From positions 630,001 through 662,000 of the forward strand of contig NC_008312.1 of the NCBI RefSeq assembly GCF_000014265.1: 32,000 nucleotides of DNA. Reading direction: 5' to 3'. Shown piece by piece: positions 1 to 9,765 of this stretch. Position numbers and translations under genes: made by a program. Numbering within the stretch: position 1 is the stretch's first letter; every line of letters starts with the position of its first letter. Under the pieces are notes generated by a model. That model was not told where the DNA came from. It did no database searches and saw only the letters and a program-made list of their open reading frames with translations. Source of the stretch: Trichodesmium erythraeum IMS101. GTDB taxonomy: Bacteria > Cyanobacteriota > Cyanobacteriia > Cyanobacteriales > Microcoleaceae.

Positions 1-738
1 AGACCAAAAAAAATTGATGATGATTAAACGAGGTACAAAATATTGTCATCTCTCAGAATTAAAAGTAAATATCGGTGAAACTAAACGATTATTGAACTAT
101 ATATTTCCCATGGAAAGATTAAAAAAATATATAGTCAGAGAATGGGAATTAAAGCAATGTTTAAAGACTATAAAACTGGTGGTTACAATTTAGAATCAGC
201 CAAGGCTAATGAAACGAGATTGAGTAATTGAATTTTATTAATAGTTATTTCATACACACTTAGTTAATTTAAAGTTCAAAAAATTAAAAATAAAGGGGTT
301 CAATAAGATATATCAATAACTAATGGAAAAAGTAGAAAATAAAGAAGACACAGTAGTTTTTTTTGTAGGATTATCTAGGATTTATTGGGCAATAAATGAT
401 GATTTTATCTAGGAATTAGTAGAAAATTTGATAAGCCTTAATCCTCATTAATTACTATATTATCGAAGGGGAGTTAAAGGGATAAATATAGTGGTTAATT
501 AGACTGTAATTTTTAATTAACAATCAATTAATTCATGTGAGTTTTTTCATAATATTATTCTCTCATACAGCTTGAATAATGATTCAATACAGTTAAGGGG
601 TGTAGTGCGAGCGCTCTGCCCTCGCATTGCACCCCAACATTTCTTAATAAGCGTTTTGTTTTTGTTGAAATATTCTTCAGTCCCCGAAGATAAATTCCTT
701 TCTATATATAGCTTTCAATTAGCTTTTCACCCCGTAAT
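1..738 (+). mobile_element. Right-hand (3') part of a degenerate IS4-family insertion sequence, truncated by the window edge
   Basis: The frame from 127 reads IYSQRMGIKAMFKDYKTGGYNLESAKANETRLSN*ILLIVISYTLS*. This is a decayed Y-2-R-3-E-6-K transposase C-terminus (E->K, in-frame TGA at 229-231). Bases ~127-738 are collinear with 27725-28341 of the second copy. The shared parts include the GGGGTG...CACCCC hairpin (597-635) and the terminal sequence tagcttttcacccc. Confidence 0.7.
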
Positions 739-1425
739 ATAAGTAATACTATATTCCCTAAAATAATGCGATCGCATATATGTCAAAAAAAAATTACTCA
801 TGTATGTAATTGGGGATAGTTGCCTCAGCAAGGTCACAAAAACTATGGGAGGCATAATTCAAGGGCAGTTAAAAAGGCTTATATATGATCATCAAGTATA
901 GCTGCTTTTCGGTTGTTCTTAAAGTATAAACTCCCATCCTATTAATGAAGCTACAAAATTATGGTTAATATTTAGTAGTATTAGGTTTTTGGGCTTTGCT
1001 GATGCTTGGGTATGATTTGTATTTTTGGTAATTGCTAAATTATTGAATAAAAAATATTTCAGATTGTTCAATTTTTATTATAATACAGCAAATTTCGAGC
1101 AAATGATGTACATGGTAAATGATAAAAACTATTTAGTGCGAACATCTTGCCCGTGTGGGTGTACCTCATTAGTAAAAGAAGGTGCTGTAAGACCTTGAGT
1201 AACAAAACTGTAATAATAAGCAACAATTATTAAGCGCATTGTTACAGAGAAATGGTATTAGTAAAAGCAGTAGAAGATGTCTTAAGAAATTTTGGTTCAA
1301 AATATACTATTAATTTTGCCTAAGTACTTAGTATCTAAGATTAAATTTATATAAAAATTAGGACAAACACAAATTTATATCTAGTATTTTTTAAAGAAAA
1401 AACTATTTTTTTGAGAAAATAAATT

Positions 1426-3651
1426 ATGTTACCCAAACCAAACAAAATCTGGAACCCAAAAATATGGGCAAGCTGGAAACCCTTCGGTATAGGGGAACAA
1501 TACCCCAATAACTACTGGGAACTTATCCGCGCTGGAATAGAAAATATCGACCAACTTCCTTATGCCTGGAACATACTCAACAAAGGGGTTTGCGATGGTT
1601 GTTCCTTAGGTACAACTGGCATGAAAGACTGGACTCTTGATGGTTTTCATTTATGTAATGTCCGCCTCCGACTATTGCGCCTGAATACTATGCCAGCATT
1701 TAACCCAGAAATATTGGCGAATATTTCTCAACTCCAAAATAAAAGCAGTGGAGACCTTCTCCAAATGGGGCGACTACCTTACCCCATGCGCCGCGATAAA
1801 GGTGACAAAGGGTTTCGACGAATTAGTTGGGATGAAGCAATGGCAGTAATTAGCGATCGCCTTAAAACTACCCACCCAGACCGTATAGGTTTCTACCTTA
1901 CCAGTCGTGGTACTGTTAATGAAACTTATTATGCTACTCAAAAAGCTGCACGGGCGATCGGTACTAATAATATTGATAACGCTGCGCGCATTTGTCATTC
2001 CCCTAGTACTGGAGCATTGAAAACTACTATTGGTGCTGCTGCTACTACCTGTTCCTACAAAGACTGGATAGGTACAGACTTATTGGTATTCATCGGTTCT
2101 AATGTAGCAAATAATCAACCTGTTACAGTTAAATATTTGCACTGGGCTAAAAAAGCAGGCACAAAAATTGTTGTTATTAACACTTACCGGGAACCGGGGA
2201 TGGAGCGTTATTGGGTACCATCTATTCCAGAGAGTGCTTTATTTGGAACTAAATTTGCGGAAGATTTCTTTTTAGTTAATGTCAATGGGGATATGGCATT
2301 TATCAATGGTACCATTAAACATTTAATTGCTAATGACTGGATAGATAAACATTTTATAGATAATTATACTAATCAGTTTGAGGAATTAAAGGCTTCATTA
2401 GATGCCCAGTCTTGGTCAGAATTAGAACGCTTTTCTGGAAGCACTCAGGATGAAATGTATGCCTTTGCTAAAATGGTTGGGAAAGCAAAAAAAGCAGTCT
2501 TTGTTTGGAGTATGGGAATTACTCAACATGAGTGTGGGGAAGATAATGTTAGGGCTATTATTAATTTAGCTTTGACTAAAGGTTTTGTTGGTAGAGAAGG
2601 CTGTGGTTTAATGCCAATTCGGGGTCATTCTGGGGTGCAGGGTGGAGCAGAAATGGGATGTTATTCTACAGTGTTTCCTGGAGGGAGAAAAATTAATCCT
2701 GAAAATGCTGAGGTGATGAGTAAATTTTGGGGTTTTTCTGTGCCGAATAATCCTGGTTTAACTACTTCAGAAATGATTGATAATGCTTCAGAAGGAAAGT
2801 TAGATGTTTTGTTTTCTGTAGGGGGCAATTTTTTAGAAGTTTTGCCAGATCCAGATTATGTAAAAGCTGCTATGAAACGGGTACCTTTGCGAGTACATCA
2901 GGATATTATTTGCTCTAATCAAATGTTAGTTGAACCTGGAGAAACAGTAATATTATTACCTACTACAACTCGTTATGAAATTCCAGGAGGGGTGACAGAA
3001 ACTACTACGGAAAGAAGGGTGATATTTAGCCCGGAAGTTCCTGGTCAAAGAATTGGGGAGGCTCGCCCTGAGTGGCAGGTATTTATGGATTTAGCAAAGT
3101 TAGTCCGTCCAGAATTAGCTGATAAGTTAGAGTTTAAAAATACTGGGGAAATTCGTCAGGAAATTGCTTTGGTAATTTCTCAATATTCGGGTATTCAACA
3201 TTTAAAAGAACCTGGAGATAATTTTCAATATGGGGGTGCTCATTTATGTTTTGGCTGGAATTTTCCCACACCTGACAAGAAGGCGAAATTTTCCATACTT
3301 TCTCCACCAAAAGAGGAGTTATCAAAGGGCTATTTTTTAGTGGCAACTCGACGAGGTAAACAGTTTAATAGTATGGTGCAGTCTCAGAAAGATGCGATTA
3401 CTGGTGCTTTACGAGAAGCGATTTTAATTAATCCTTTTGATGCTCAAGAATTAGGGTTGAAAGATGGAGATAATGTGCGGTTAAAAAATGATTTTGGTTT
3501 GTTTTCTGGGAAGGTGTTTTTAGCTCCGATGAAACCTGGTAATTTACAAGTACATTGGCCGGAGGGAAATGTGTTATTGGATAAGGGTAAACGTTCTGTT
3601 GAAGGTGTGCCTGATTATAATGCTTTAGTCTGTTTAGAAAAGTTGGGTTAA
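1426..3651 (+). CDS. FdhF/YdeP-family molybdopterin (Mo-bisPGD) oxidoreductase, formate-dehydrogenase-alpha-like
   Basis: 741-aa ORF. It has an N-terminal Cys cluster (VCDGCSLG...LCNV) typical of the 4Fe-4S site. The NAARICHSPST segment corresponds to the (Se)Cys Mo-ligand region of FdhF-type enzymes, here with Cys. Length and N-terminus (WASWKPFGIGEQ) fit the YdeP-like branch. The accessory gene fdhD lies downstream at 7017. Confidence 0.85.
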   Translation: MLPKPNKIWNPKIWASWKPFGIGEQYPNNYWELIRAGIENIDQLPYAWNILNKGVCDGCSLGTTGMKDWTLDGFHLCNVRLRLLRLNTMPAFNPEILANISQLQNKSSGDLLQMGRLPYPMRRDKGDKGFRRISWDEAMAVISDRLKTTHPDRIGFYLTSRGTVNETYYATQKAARAIGTNNIDNAARICHSPSTGALKTTIGAAATTCSYKDWIGTDLLVFIGSNVANNQPVTVKYLHWAKKAGTKIVVINTYREPGMERYWVPSIPESALFGTKFAEDFFLVNVNGDMAFINGTIKHLIANDWIDKHFIDNYTNQFEELKASLDAQSWSELERFSGSTQDEMYAFAKMVGKAKKAVFVWSMGITQHECGEDNVRAIINLALTKGFVGREGCGLMPIRGHSGVQGGAEMGCYSTVFPGGRKINPENAEVMSKFWGFSVPNNPGLTTSEMIDNASEGKLDVLFSVGGNFLEVLPDPDYVKAAMKRVPLRVHQDIICSNQMLVEPGETVILLPTTTRYEIPGGVTETTTERRVIFSPEVPGQRIGEARPEWQVFMDLAKLVRPELADKLEFKNTGEIRQEIALVISQYSGIQHLKEPGDNFQYGGAHLCFGWNFPTPDKKAKFSILSPPKEELSKGYFLVATRRGKQFNSMVQSQKDAITGALREAILINPFDAQELGLKDGDNVRLKNDFGLFSGKVFLAPMKPGNLQVHWPEGNVLLDKGKRSVEGVPDYNALVCLEKLG

Positions 3652-3917
3652 GTTATTTTTTTTAGAGTATTGAATTTGAGATTTTTATCATCGCATTATT
3701 TAATTGATTAGATAATAATAATTGATAAAATTTAGAGAGATTCTAATCTTAATAAGCTATGGTATTTTTGTCTTTTCTTTGTACCTTTTATAAATAGTAT
3801 TAAGTACTTGAAAAACATTTGGCAAAAATATATTTTTTCTCAAATTTAGACAAGCTTCTCAAGTCAACAATTATTATTTTTTACTTGAAGGAGCTTTAGA
3901 TAGGGTAGCTAAATATG

Positions 3918-3951
3918 GGAGTAAGTTTGGGTCTTACTCCTAGAGCTTTTT
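3918..3951 (+). terminator. Possible intrinsic terminator hairpin in the convergent gap
   Basis: GGAGTAAG (3918-3925) / CTTACTCC (3933-3940) form an 8-bp perfect stem with a 7-nt loop. TAGAGCTTTTT follows. The site is ~270 nt after the oxidoreductase stop, so assignment is uncertain. Confidence 0.35.
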
Positions 3952-4050
3952 AAAGTAGCAATTTTCGGAGTGGCGATCGCCTCAACAATAAAGTTTGACA
4001 ATATGCTTTTGTGGAAGGGCGATCGCTTTGCCATCGTTGAAGGTACAATT

Positions 4051-6180
4051 TTAGCCAACAAAAATGTTGTTTCCTTCAAATATTATATTCTCAATTTTAA
4101 CTAAAGTGTCGTTAAAGTCGTTTGGCTTCTCAACTTCTACCCCCAGCAATTTTCCACTAGAACCATCTTCAAATCCTAGCAAATTCATACCCAAAAAGTT
4201 AGTTTTTATGGAAGCCGCCTCAGAAGCTTTTGAACTCAAGGTCAAGCCGCCTACAAGATTAGTCGATCCACTGAGTTCTAGAGGCCCTTCCACACGAGTT
4301 TCAAACTCAAGTTCAGTACCTATAGGGAATGTTCCTATGGATTTCCACTTGAAAGCATCATTATTAACACTGACGAAACTATTTGGGGCAGTACCAATAA
4401 ACTTTTCTTCTGGTGAAACTAGGTACAACTTACTGATAGCCCAAGGATTTCCCTGGGGCTGAAAATAGACTCTTACCTCCTTTTTTTCATCTTTTTCATC
4501 TTTTTCGTCTTTTTCATTGCACCAATTAATACCTAGACCCTCACGAATTTTTTGCATCAGACCATCAGAACTTTTACTGTTTTGATTCTTATTAGTAATT
4601 ACTTCTGAGGTTTTGAGAATTGAAGCAATGAAATCATAAGTATTTTTTCCTAATTCTTCACCTTTTTTGCCAAGATAAAAATCTTCCATCTGTTTAAAAG
4701 ACTCATCTCCAAGAGGCTTAAAAATTTCTTGATCATATTTGTTCCCGATTATTTTGCTAACCAGCTTGCGAGTTGGACTGGCAACAGCTTTAAATAATTT
4801 ACTTCCTATTTGGCTGAAAACATTTCCAGCTACTTCACCTATTAAATTATTAACCAGATCAGTGTCATCACCGTACAAAACTAAACAACCATATCCAAAA
4901 ACTTTAGCTCCAAGAGCCACAGCCCCCAATGGTCCTGATGCTACTGTTCCGACACCAGTAAGAGCAGTTACTGCTGCTAAACCACTAGCGACATTATCGA
5001 GAATTTCTACACTTTTACAAATGTTTTGACCTGCTTCACATAAAGTCCCTTGAGAAATAGATTGCTCTATATTTGACTTCATTTCTAGATCAACAGGAAC
5101 TTCTGCTATTTTGGTTTCTCCTGTAGCTGTTTTCTTGATCAGATCTACAGTGTTTTCATCTCTTTGGTTGTCAAATATGTAAACAGTTGGGGAGTCATCA
5201 AACTGTAACTCAATTCGAGTTCCTTCTGAATTAACTTTAGCAGTAAAAGGTTTATTACCCTTCCGTTGTTCTGAAGGAGATGGTGTGTATCGTAATGACT
5301 CCTGGTGTGTTCCTGTATCAGTTTTTTTGATGTTAATAACAAAATCACTTTTGTCACTACCAGTTAACTTCATTTCATAGGTGTCAGAAGATTTTTGTTC
5401 AACGGTGGGAGCATCAAAAGTTACTAAATTTTCAATGACATTAGGTTTGCCATCTACAGATGTAAAATTCCATTTGAGTTCTTGAGGCTGAACACCTTGT
5501 ACTACTCCCAAAATTTTACCTGTTTTTTTGATTTTAATTACAGTCGAGTTGCCAGATAACTGTAAATTCAGATCATTCTCAGTAAGACCGCTATCTAAGC
5601 CAATGGTATCAAAATTTGGCTGAAAATCTGTGATCATGTCGGCAGCCGAGTTGTTATTAACTGCACTGTTTTGTTTTAAGAAAAATACGTCATCTCCTGC
5701 ACCACCAGTTAAAATATCTTTGCCAAAATTGCCGACTAGAACATCATTACCATCATTGCCAGTAAGCACATCATTACCGTTTCCACCGTCTAAAAAATCG
5801 TTACCAGAACCACCAATTAAATTATCTTGAGCGTTGCCACCGTTTAAAGTATCTTTACCCGCACCACCGTTGAGTTTGTCATTGCTGCCTCCACCATTTA
5901 TTTGATCATTGCCACCGCTACCATTTAAAGTATCTTTACCCGCACCACCGTTGAGTTTGTCATTGCTGCCTCCACCATTTATTTGATCATTGCCACCGCC
6001 ACCGTTTAAGGTATCTTTACCCGCACCACCGTTTAAGGTATCTTTACCCGCACCACCGTTGAGTTTGTCATTGCCACCTCTACCATCAATTTTATCGTTA
6101 CCACCCTTACCGTTAATGGTGTCTTTTTTAGCAGTTCCTTTGAGATTGTCTTTTTTATTGGTACCCTGATAAAAAGCCAT
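4051..6180 (-). CDS. RTX (hemolysin-type calcium-binding repeat) protein with N-terminal repeats, a hydrophobic Gly/Ala-rich core and a DUF4114-like C-terminus
   Basis: 709-aa ORF. About 17 nonapeptide GGxGxDxLx repeats occupy aa ~9-165 (GGAGKDTLNGGGGNDQINGGGSNDKLN...). ITDFQPNFDTIGL follows the repeats. The central segment is GLAAVTALTGVGTVASGPLGAVALGAKVFGYGCLVLYG. A (KDE)3 linker is present. The C-terminal LLGFEDGS...NDFNDTLV resembles the DUF4114 signature. Confidence 0.85.
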   Translation of the reverse strand: MAFYQGTNKKDNLKGTAKKDTINGKGGNDKIDGRGGNDKLNGGAGKDTLNGGAGKDTLNGGGGNDQINGGGSNDKLNGGAGKDTLNGSGGNDQINGGGSNDKLNGGAGKDTLNGGNAQDNLIGGSGNDFLDGGNGNDVLTGNDGNDVLVGNFGKDILTGGAGDDVFFLKQNSAVNNNSAADMITDFQPNFDTIGLDSGLTENDLNLQLSGNSTVIKIKKTGKILGVVQGVQPQELKWNFTSVDGKPNVIENLVTFDAPTVEQKSSDTYEMKLTGSDKSDFVINIKKTDTGTHQESLRYTPSPSEQRKGNKPFTAKVNSEGTRIELQFDDSPTVYIFDNQRDENTVDLIKKTATGETKIAEVPVDLEMKSNIEQSISQGTLCEAGQNICKSVEILDNVASGLAAVTALTGVGTVASGPLGAVALGAKVFGYGCLVLYGDDTDLVNNLIGEVAGNVFSQIGSKLFKAVASPTRKLVSKIIGNKYDQEIFKPLGDESFKQMEDFYLGKKGEELGKNTYDFIASILKTSEVITNKNQNSKSSDGLMQKIREGLGINWCNEKDEKDEKDEKKEVRVYFQPQGNPWAISKLYLVSPEEKFIGTAPNSFVSVNNDAFKWKSIGTFPIGTELEFETRVEGPLELSGSTNLVGGLTLSSKASEAASIKTNFLGMNLLGFEDGSSGKLLGVEVEKPNDFNDTLVKIENIIFEGNNIFVG
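5835..6075. repeat. Tandem 27-bp (nonapeptide) repeats organised as near-identical 81-bp higher-order units inside the RTX CDS
   Basis: The string atctttaccc recurs at 5851, 5932 and 6013 (period 81) and at 6040 (period 27). The two full 81-bp units are almost base-identical. Confidence 0.9.
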
Positions 6181-6508
6181 AATTATTTTCCTTGTAGTCG
6201 ATAGTTTTCAGATTTTCCCATATACATAAAACTAAAGCTAGTGCAAAAAAGTTAAGTTTAGCTTGAATTTATCTTGACATATTTATATTCCTCAAAACAA
6301 ATTAGGAATCAGAAATTTTAAATTTAAACAGGTTAAATTTTGACCATTAGCACTCCCAAATATGTTGATTTTCAGTAGGTTTGATAGTTTGGTGGTTTGG
6401 TGGTAAAGAGTAAAGATAAAAAATGATTGAAGTAAAAAGTTATCAATATTTAATGGCCCAAAATCAATGGATTTGGTAGTAAGATATTATCAATTTGTTG
6501 ACTTTTAA

Positions 6509-6536
6509 ACCTGACACCTGACACCTAACACCTGAA
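6509..6536. repeat. Heptamer tandem repeat (ACCTGAC)x4, degenerate
   Basis: acctgac acctgac acctaac acctgaa, read directly from the sequence. STRR-like short tandem repeat in the divergent intergenic region between the RTX gene and fdhD. Confidence 0.85.
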
Positions 6537-7016
6537 CCATTAATCAACAACTAATTCTATTTTTGCATAACATCAGTTAAATTTTCTAAACTGCATATCT
6601 TCTTCCTTAGTTGATATCTTTATTCTCCTCTGACAATACAAAATCCAGGTGTGTACTTTGGGCAACAAAGGTAGTTGATTTTGAGATGGTATAATAAGCA
6701 GTTAGCCTGCCCAATAATAAAAATTATATTATACTACTTAATTATGGCTATCTTTTTGATTGATATAGGTAAAATCTGAGGGTAGGATGGATAAATAAAG
6801 TTGACTTTAGAATATATATAACCTATTTTGCCCCATCTAAATATAATCATAAAACTGTACTAATTCTTGCTTTGAATATGATCAGAATCAATTGTTTATC
6901 AAACAGCTATTTAGGCATTAAATTGCTGAAAATGCTAAATCCTAAAAAGACTATTTTTTTTGAATAAAACAAACTCAAACTATTTCTAGATTTCTAGCTG
7001 TTTTATGACTCGATAA

Positions 7017-7871
7017 ATGTTCCCTAAATTATTACACATGAAAAATTCGCAAAGTAGCAAAACAAAAGCAAAAATTTGGGTAGTGGAAAATAATAATTTT
7101 GTTACTCATTCTGACCAATTAGCAACAGAAGAACCTTTGGAAATTAGGCTAAATTATCCCAAACAAACTATAGCAGTGACAATGCGAACTCCAGGAGCAG
7201 ATTTTGATTTAGCTGCTGGATTTCTCTATAGCGAAGGAGTCATCAAAAATCAAGAAGATATTGCTAAAATTAGTTATTGTGTAGATCCAAAAGTTGATGG
7301 AAAACAACGCCAAAATATTATTAATGTTAGCCTTAAATCAGAATTAAACCCAAATTTAACAACCCTAGAAAGACATTTTTTGACAACTAGTGCTTGTGGA
7401 GTTTGTGGCAAAGCAAGTATAGAATCTTTGCAAATAAAAGGGTTTTCGGCTATTCCTTTAGGATTAGAAGTTTCTGCAGAAATTATCTATAGTTTGCCAG
7501 ATAAATTAAATACTGCTCAAAGAGTGTTTAAATCTACAGGAGGTTTACATGCTGCTGGTTTATTTAATAGTGAAGGAAAACTGTTAAAGTTACGGGAAGA
7601 TGTGGGGAGACATAATGCTTTAGATAAGTTGATAGGTTCAGAATTTTTAGCAGGTCAATTACCTTTAAATAATCTTATGGTTATGGTAAGTGGGCGATCG
7701 AGTTTTGAGATTTTACAAAAGTGTATAACTGCAGGTTTGCCAATAGTTTGTGCTGTTTCTGCTCCTAGTAGTTTAGCGGTAGAAATAGCTAAGAGATTTA
7801 ATATTACTTTGGTCGGTTTTTTGCGTGGAAGAAAGTTTAATATTTATTCTGGTGTAGAAAGAATAAAGTAA
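7017..7871 (+). CDS. fdhD: Formate dehydrogenase accessory sulfurtransferase FdhD
   Basis: 284-aa ORF with the FdhD hallmarks TSACGVCGK, GGLHAAGLF and EDVGRHNALDKLIG. An alternative start at 7038 (MKNSQ...) is possible. Confidence 0.9.
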   Translation: MFPKLLHMKNSQSSKTKAKIWVVENNNFVTHSDQLATEEPLEIRLNYPKQTIAVTMRTPGADFDLAAGFLYSEGVIKNQEDIAKISYCVDPKVDGKQRQNIINVSLKSELNPNLTTLERHFLTTSACGVCGKASIESLQIKGFSAIPLGLEVSAEIIYSLPDKLNTAQRVFKSTGGLHAAGLFNSEGKLLKLREDVGRHNALDKLIGSEFLAGQLPLNNLMVMVSGRSSFEILQKCITAGLPIVCAVSAPSSLAVEIAKRFNITLVGFLRGRKFNIYSGVERIK

Positions 7872-7996
7872 GATATTGCTAAAAATAGATCAAACAAAAG
7901 ATAGATTACAATTCATAGTTGATTAAATATTAAAGCTAGACTATATAAAAGTTTGGTGCTTTTTTAAATTTATATTTGCTTAAAGTACCGTTAGTA

Positions 7997-8016
7997 TGAA
8001 TAGCGATCGCTATTCA
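7997..8016. repeat. 20-bp perfect palindrome centred on a HIP1 site
   Basis: TGAATAGCGATCGCTATTCA, located 126 bp after the fdhD stop. There is no downstream T-run, so it is not called a terminator. Confidence 0.8.
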
Positions 8017-8760
8017 AAATCACCTTTATAGCTTTAATATAGTTTTAATAGCTTCTGTGACGGAATACTTTGAAAACAGCTATCAGTTCAAGTTAAAACT
8101 ATTGATGAAAAACTAGAAATTTATTTCCATATTTATATAGCAGTTATCCTAAATGTTATGTCAACAGATGCTTTTTAACAACAGGACTCTAACTCTTGTT
8201 CCTTTAGCATAAGTGCTTCCTACCTTCTAGTTGACCATTTCTTTTACTTTTGAGAAAGAGGGTGCAATGCGCGCTTTTCCCGATCAAAGACTACAGTTAG
8301 TATAAGCAACCCAAAAGCATTTTCCTACCTCTTACTCTCTGTTCCCTAGAGCAAAAGAATTTGTTAGTCGACTTAAATAAAAAATGCTGTAATGTATAAT
8401 ACCATTCTCAAAAACTTTTCAATCCTTATTTTCAGCAGAAGTAGGGACATTGTATGCAACGTGCTTGGGTCAAGGCAAAAAGTAAATATTTATACAATTA
8501 ACATTAACTTAGCTAAAGGCAGGAAGAAAGTTATTGGTGCTTATATTAATTATTTAATAGCTGAAGTGTTATTGAAGTATAGTATTAATGGATAATAATT
8601 GGTATAGTATTAGGCTAATCTAGTTAATTAAAAGATTATACTATTTGTAAGAATTTATCTTCAATCTAGGGAAATAATCATAAATTCCCGAGGAAAAAAA
8701 ATACTGATAAATGAAGTTTTATGCTTAAATTCTTACCTTTTTACTTAAATATTAATAACA

Positions 8761-9687
8761 ATGAAATCAGAAATTTTAACCCTCGAAAAAAAAGGCACAA
8801 AAATCAAAAATATCCAAGTAACAAAAGTAGTTGATGGTGATACAATTAAAGTCCTATTGAATAATAAGCGAGAATTTATTAGGCTTGATTATGTTGATGC
8901 GGAAGAAAGTTATTCTGAATATTCCAAACCTGTTACAGAAATTGGAAAACAAGCAGCAGAAATGGCAATACAATACTTCACATCACCTAACGGTGAACTT
9001 GCCGAAGTTGATATTGAATTTGATACAGATGAACCGACAGAGAATTGTTTAGAAAAGTATCGTGACCATCAAGGTCGCTTAATCGCTTATGTACATAAAA
9101 ATGGTGAAAACTTTAATGTTAAACTAATTAAAGAAGGATGGAGTCCCTATTTTATTAAATATGGATATTCTCGATTATATCATCAAGAAATGATGGTAGC
9201 AGAAACAGAAGCTCAAGCAAATAGTCTTGGTGTTTGGAGTTCTCAAATAAATAAAGGAAAACGCAAAAGGAATTATAATTTACTGGTACCTTGGTGGACA
9301 TTAAGAGCTTCCATTATAGAAAATTATCGTAGTTATGGAATAGCTGCAGGAGTCCTAGAAGTTAGACTAGATTTTCCGAAAATTTTAGCTGCAGCAAAGA
9401 TTGGAGAGTATATTACAGTTTTCTTTGATTTACAGAATGGAGTTTCTAAGTGGTTAGATAATGGTGCTTTAATTTACGATGGAACGAAAGATCATCGTTT
9501 AAAGTTATGGATTCCAGATACTAATAGTAGAGAAATGAAGCCATTATTACAGCTGTTAAAAAATCGTTATTTTGGTTTATCTAGAGGATATGTTTATATT
9601 AGTGGACAAGTAAATATGTATCGGGATAAACCAGAAATTATCCTTTCTGATATTAAACAATTATCAGATTTTCCTCCTACAGCTTGA
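8761..9687 (+). CDS. Staphylococcal-nuclease (SNase/thermonuclease) family protein with a ~140-aa C-terminal OB-fold-like extension
   Basis: 308-aa ORF. VVDGDTIKV...IRLDYVDAEE...GRLIAYV...AQANSLGVWS matches the SNase core: Ca-binding Asp, R35/E43/R87 equivalents and the C-terminal ...W motif. The C-terminal YVYISGQVNMYRDKPEIILSDIKQL resembles an OB-fold terminal strand pair. Confidence 0.75.
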   Translation: MKSEILTLEKKGTKIKNIQVTKVVDGDTIKVLLNNKREFIRLDYVDAEESYSEYSKPVTEIGKQAAEMAIQYFTSPNGELAEVDIEFDTDEPTENCLEKYRDHQGRLIAYVHKNGENFNVKLIKEGWSPYFIKYGYSRLYHQEMMVAETEAQANSLGVWSSQINKGKRKRNYNLLVPWWTLRASIIENYRSYGIAAGVLEVRLDFPKILAAAKIGEYITVFFDLQNGVSKWLDNGALIYDGTKDHRLKLWIPDTNSREMKPLLQLLKNRYFGLSRGYVYISGQVNMYRDKPEIILSDIKQLSDFPPTA

Positions 9688-9726
9688 GGATTATTATGAG
9701 GATAAATTATAGTTACAATAACTAAG

Positions 9727-9765
9727 GTAGGAGCATAATATTATTGGACTCCTACAAAGTTTTGC
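9727..9765 (+). terminator. Hairpin downstream of the nuclease gene (inner stem of a nested inverted repeat)
   Basis: GTAGGAG (9727-9733) / CTCCTAC (9749-9755), followed by AAAGTTTTGC. It is enclosed by the outer repeat TGAGGATTAT (9685-9694) / ATAATCCTCA (9789-9798). Confidence 0.35.

Noticed and set aside
1080-1425. Possible Moco riboswitch upstream of the molybdoenzyme gene
   Set aside because: I could not find the conserved Moco-motif core or a convincing multi-stem fold by eye. Only an Infernal scan could settle it.
1774-3346. ORFs 1774..1998(-) and 3134..3346(-)
   Set aside because: These are antisense shadow ORFs inside the well-supported oxidoreductase CDS. Their composition is low-complexity and they have no motifs.
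4064-5830. ORFs 4064..4462(+), 4739..5029(+), 5145..5357(-), 5630..5830(+)
   Set aside because: They overlap the RTX CDS. The plus-strand ones are Ser/Pro/Leu-rich mirror frames of the Gly/Asp repeats. The minus-strand one is an alternative frame.
8392-8595. 67-aa ORF
   Set aside because: It is AT-rich and low-complexity. Its start lies inside the dispersed 25-nt repeat motif. It has no SD and no recognisable motif.
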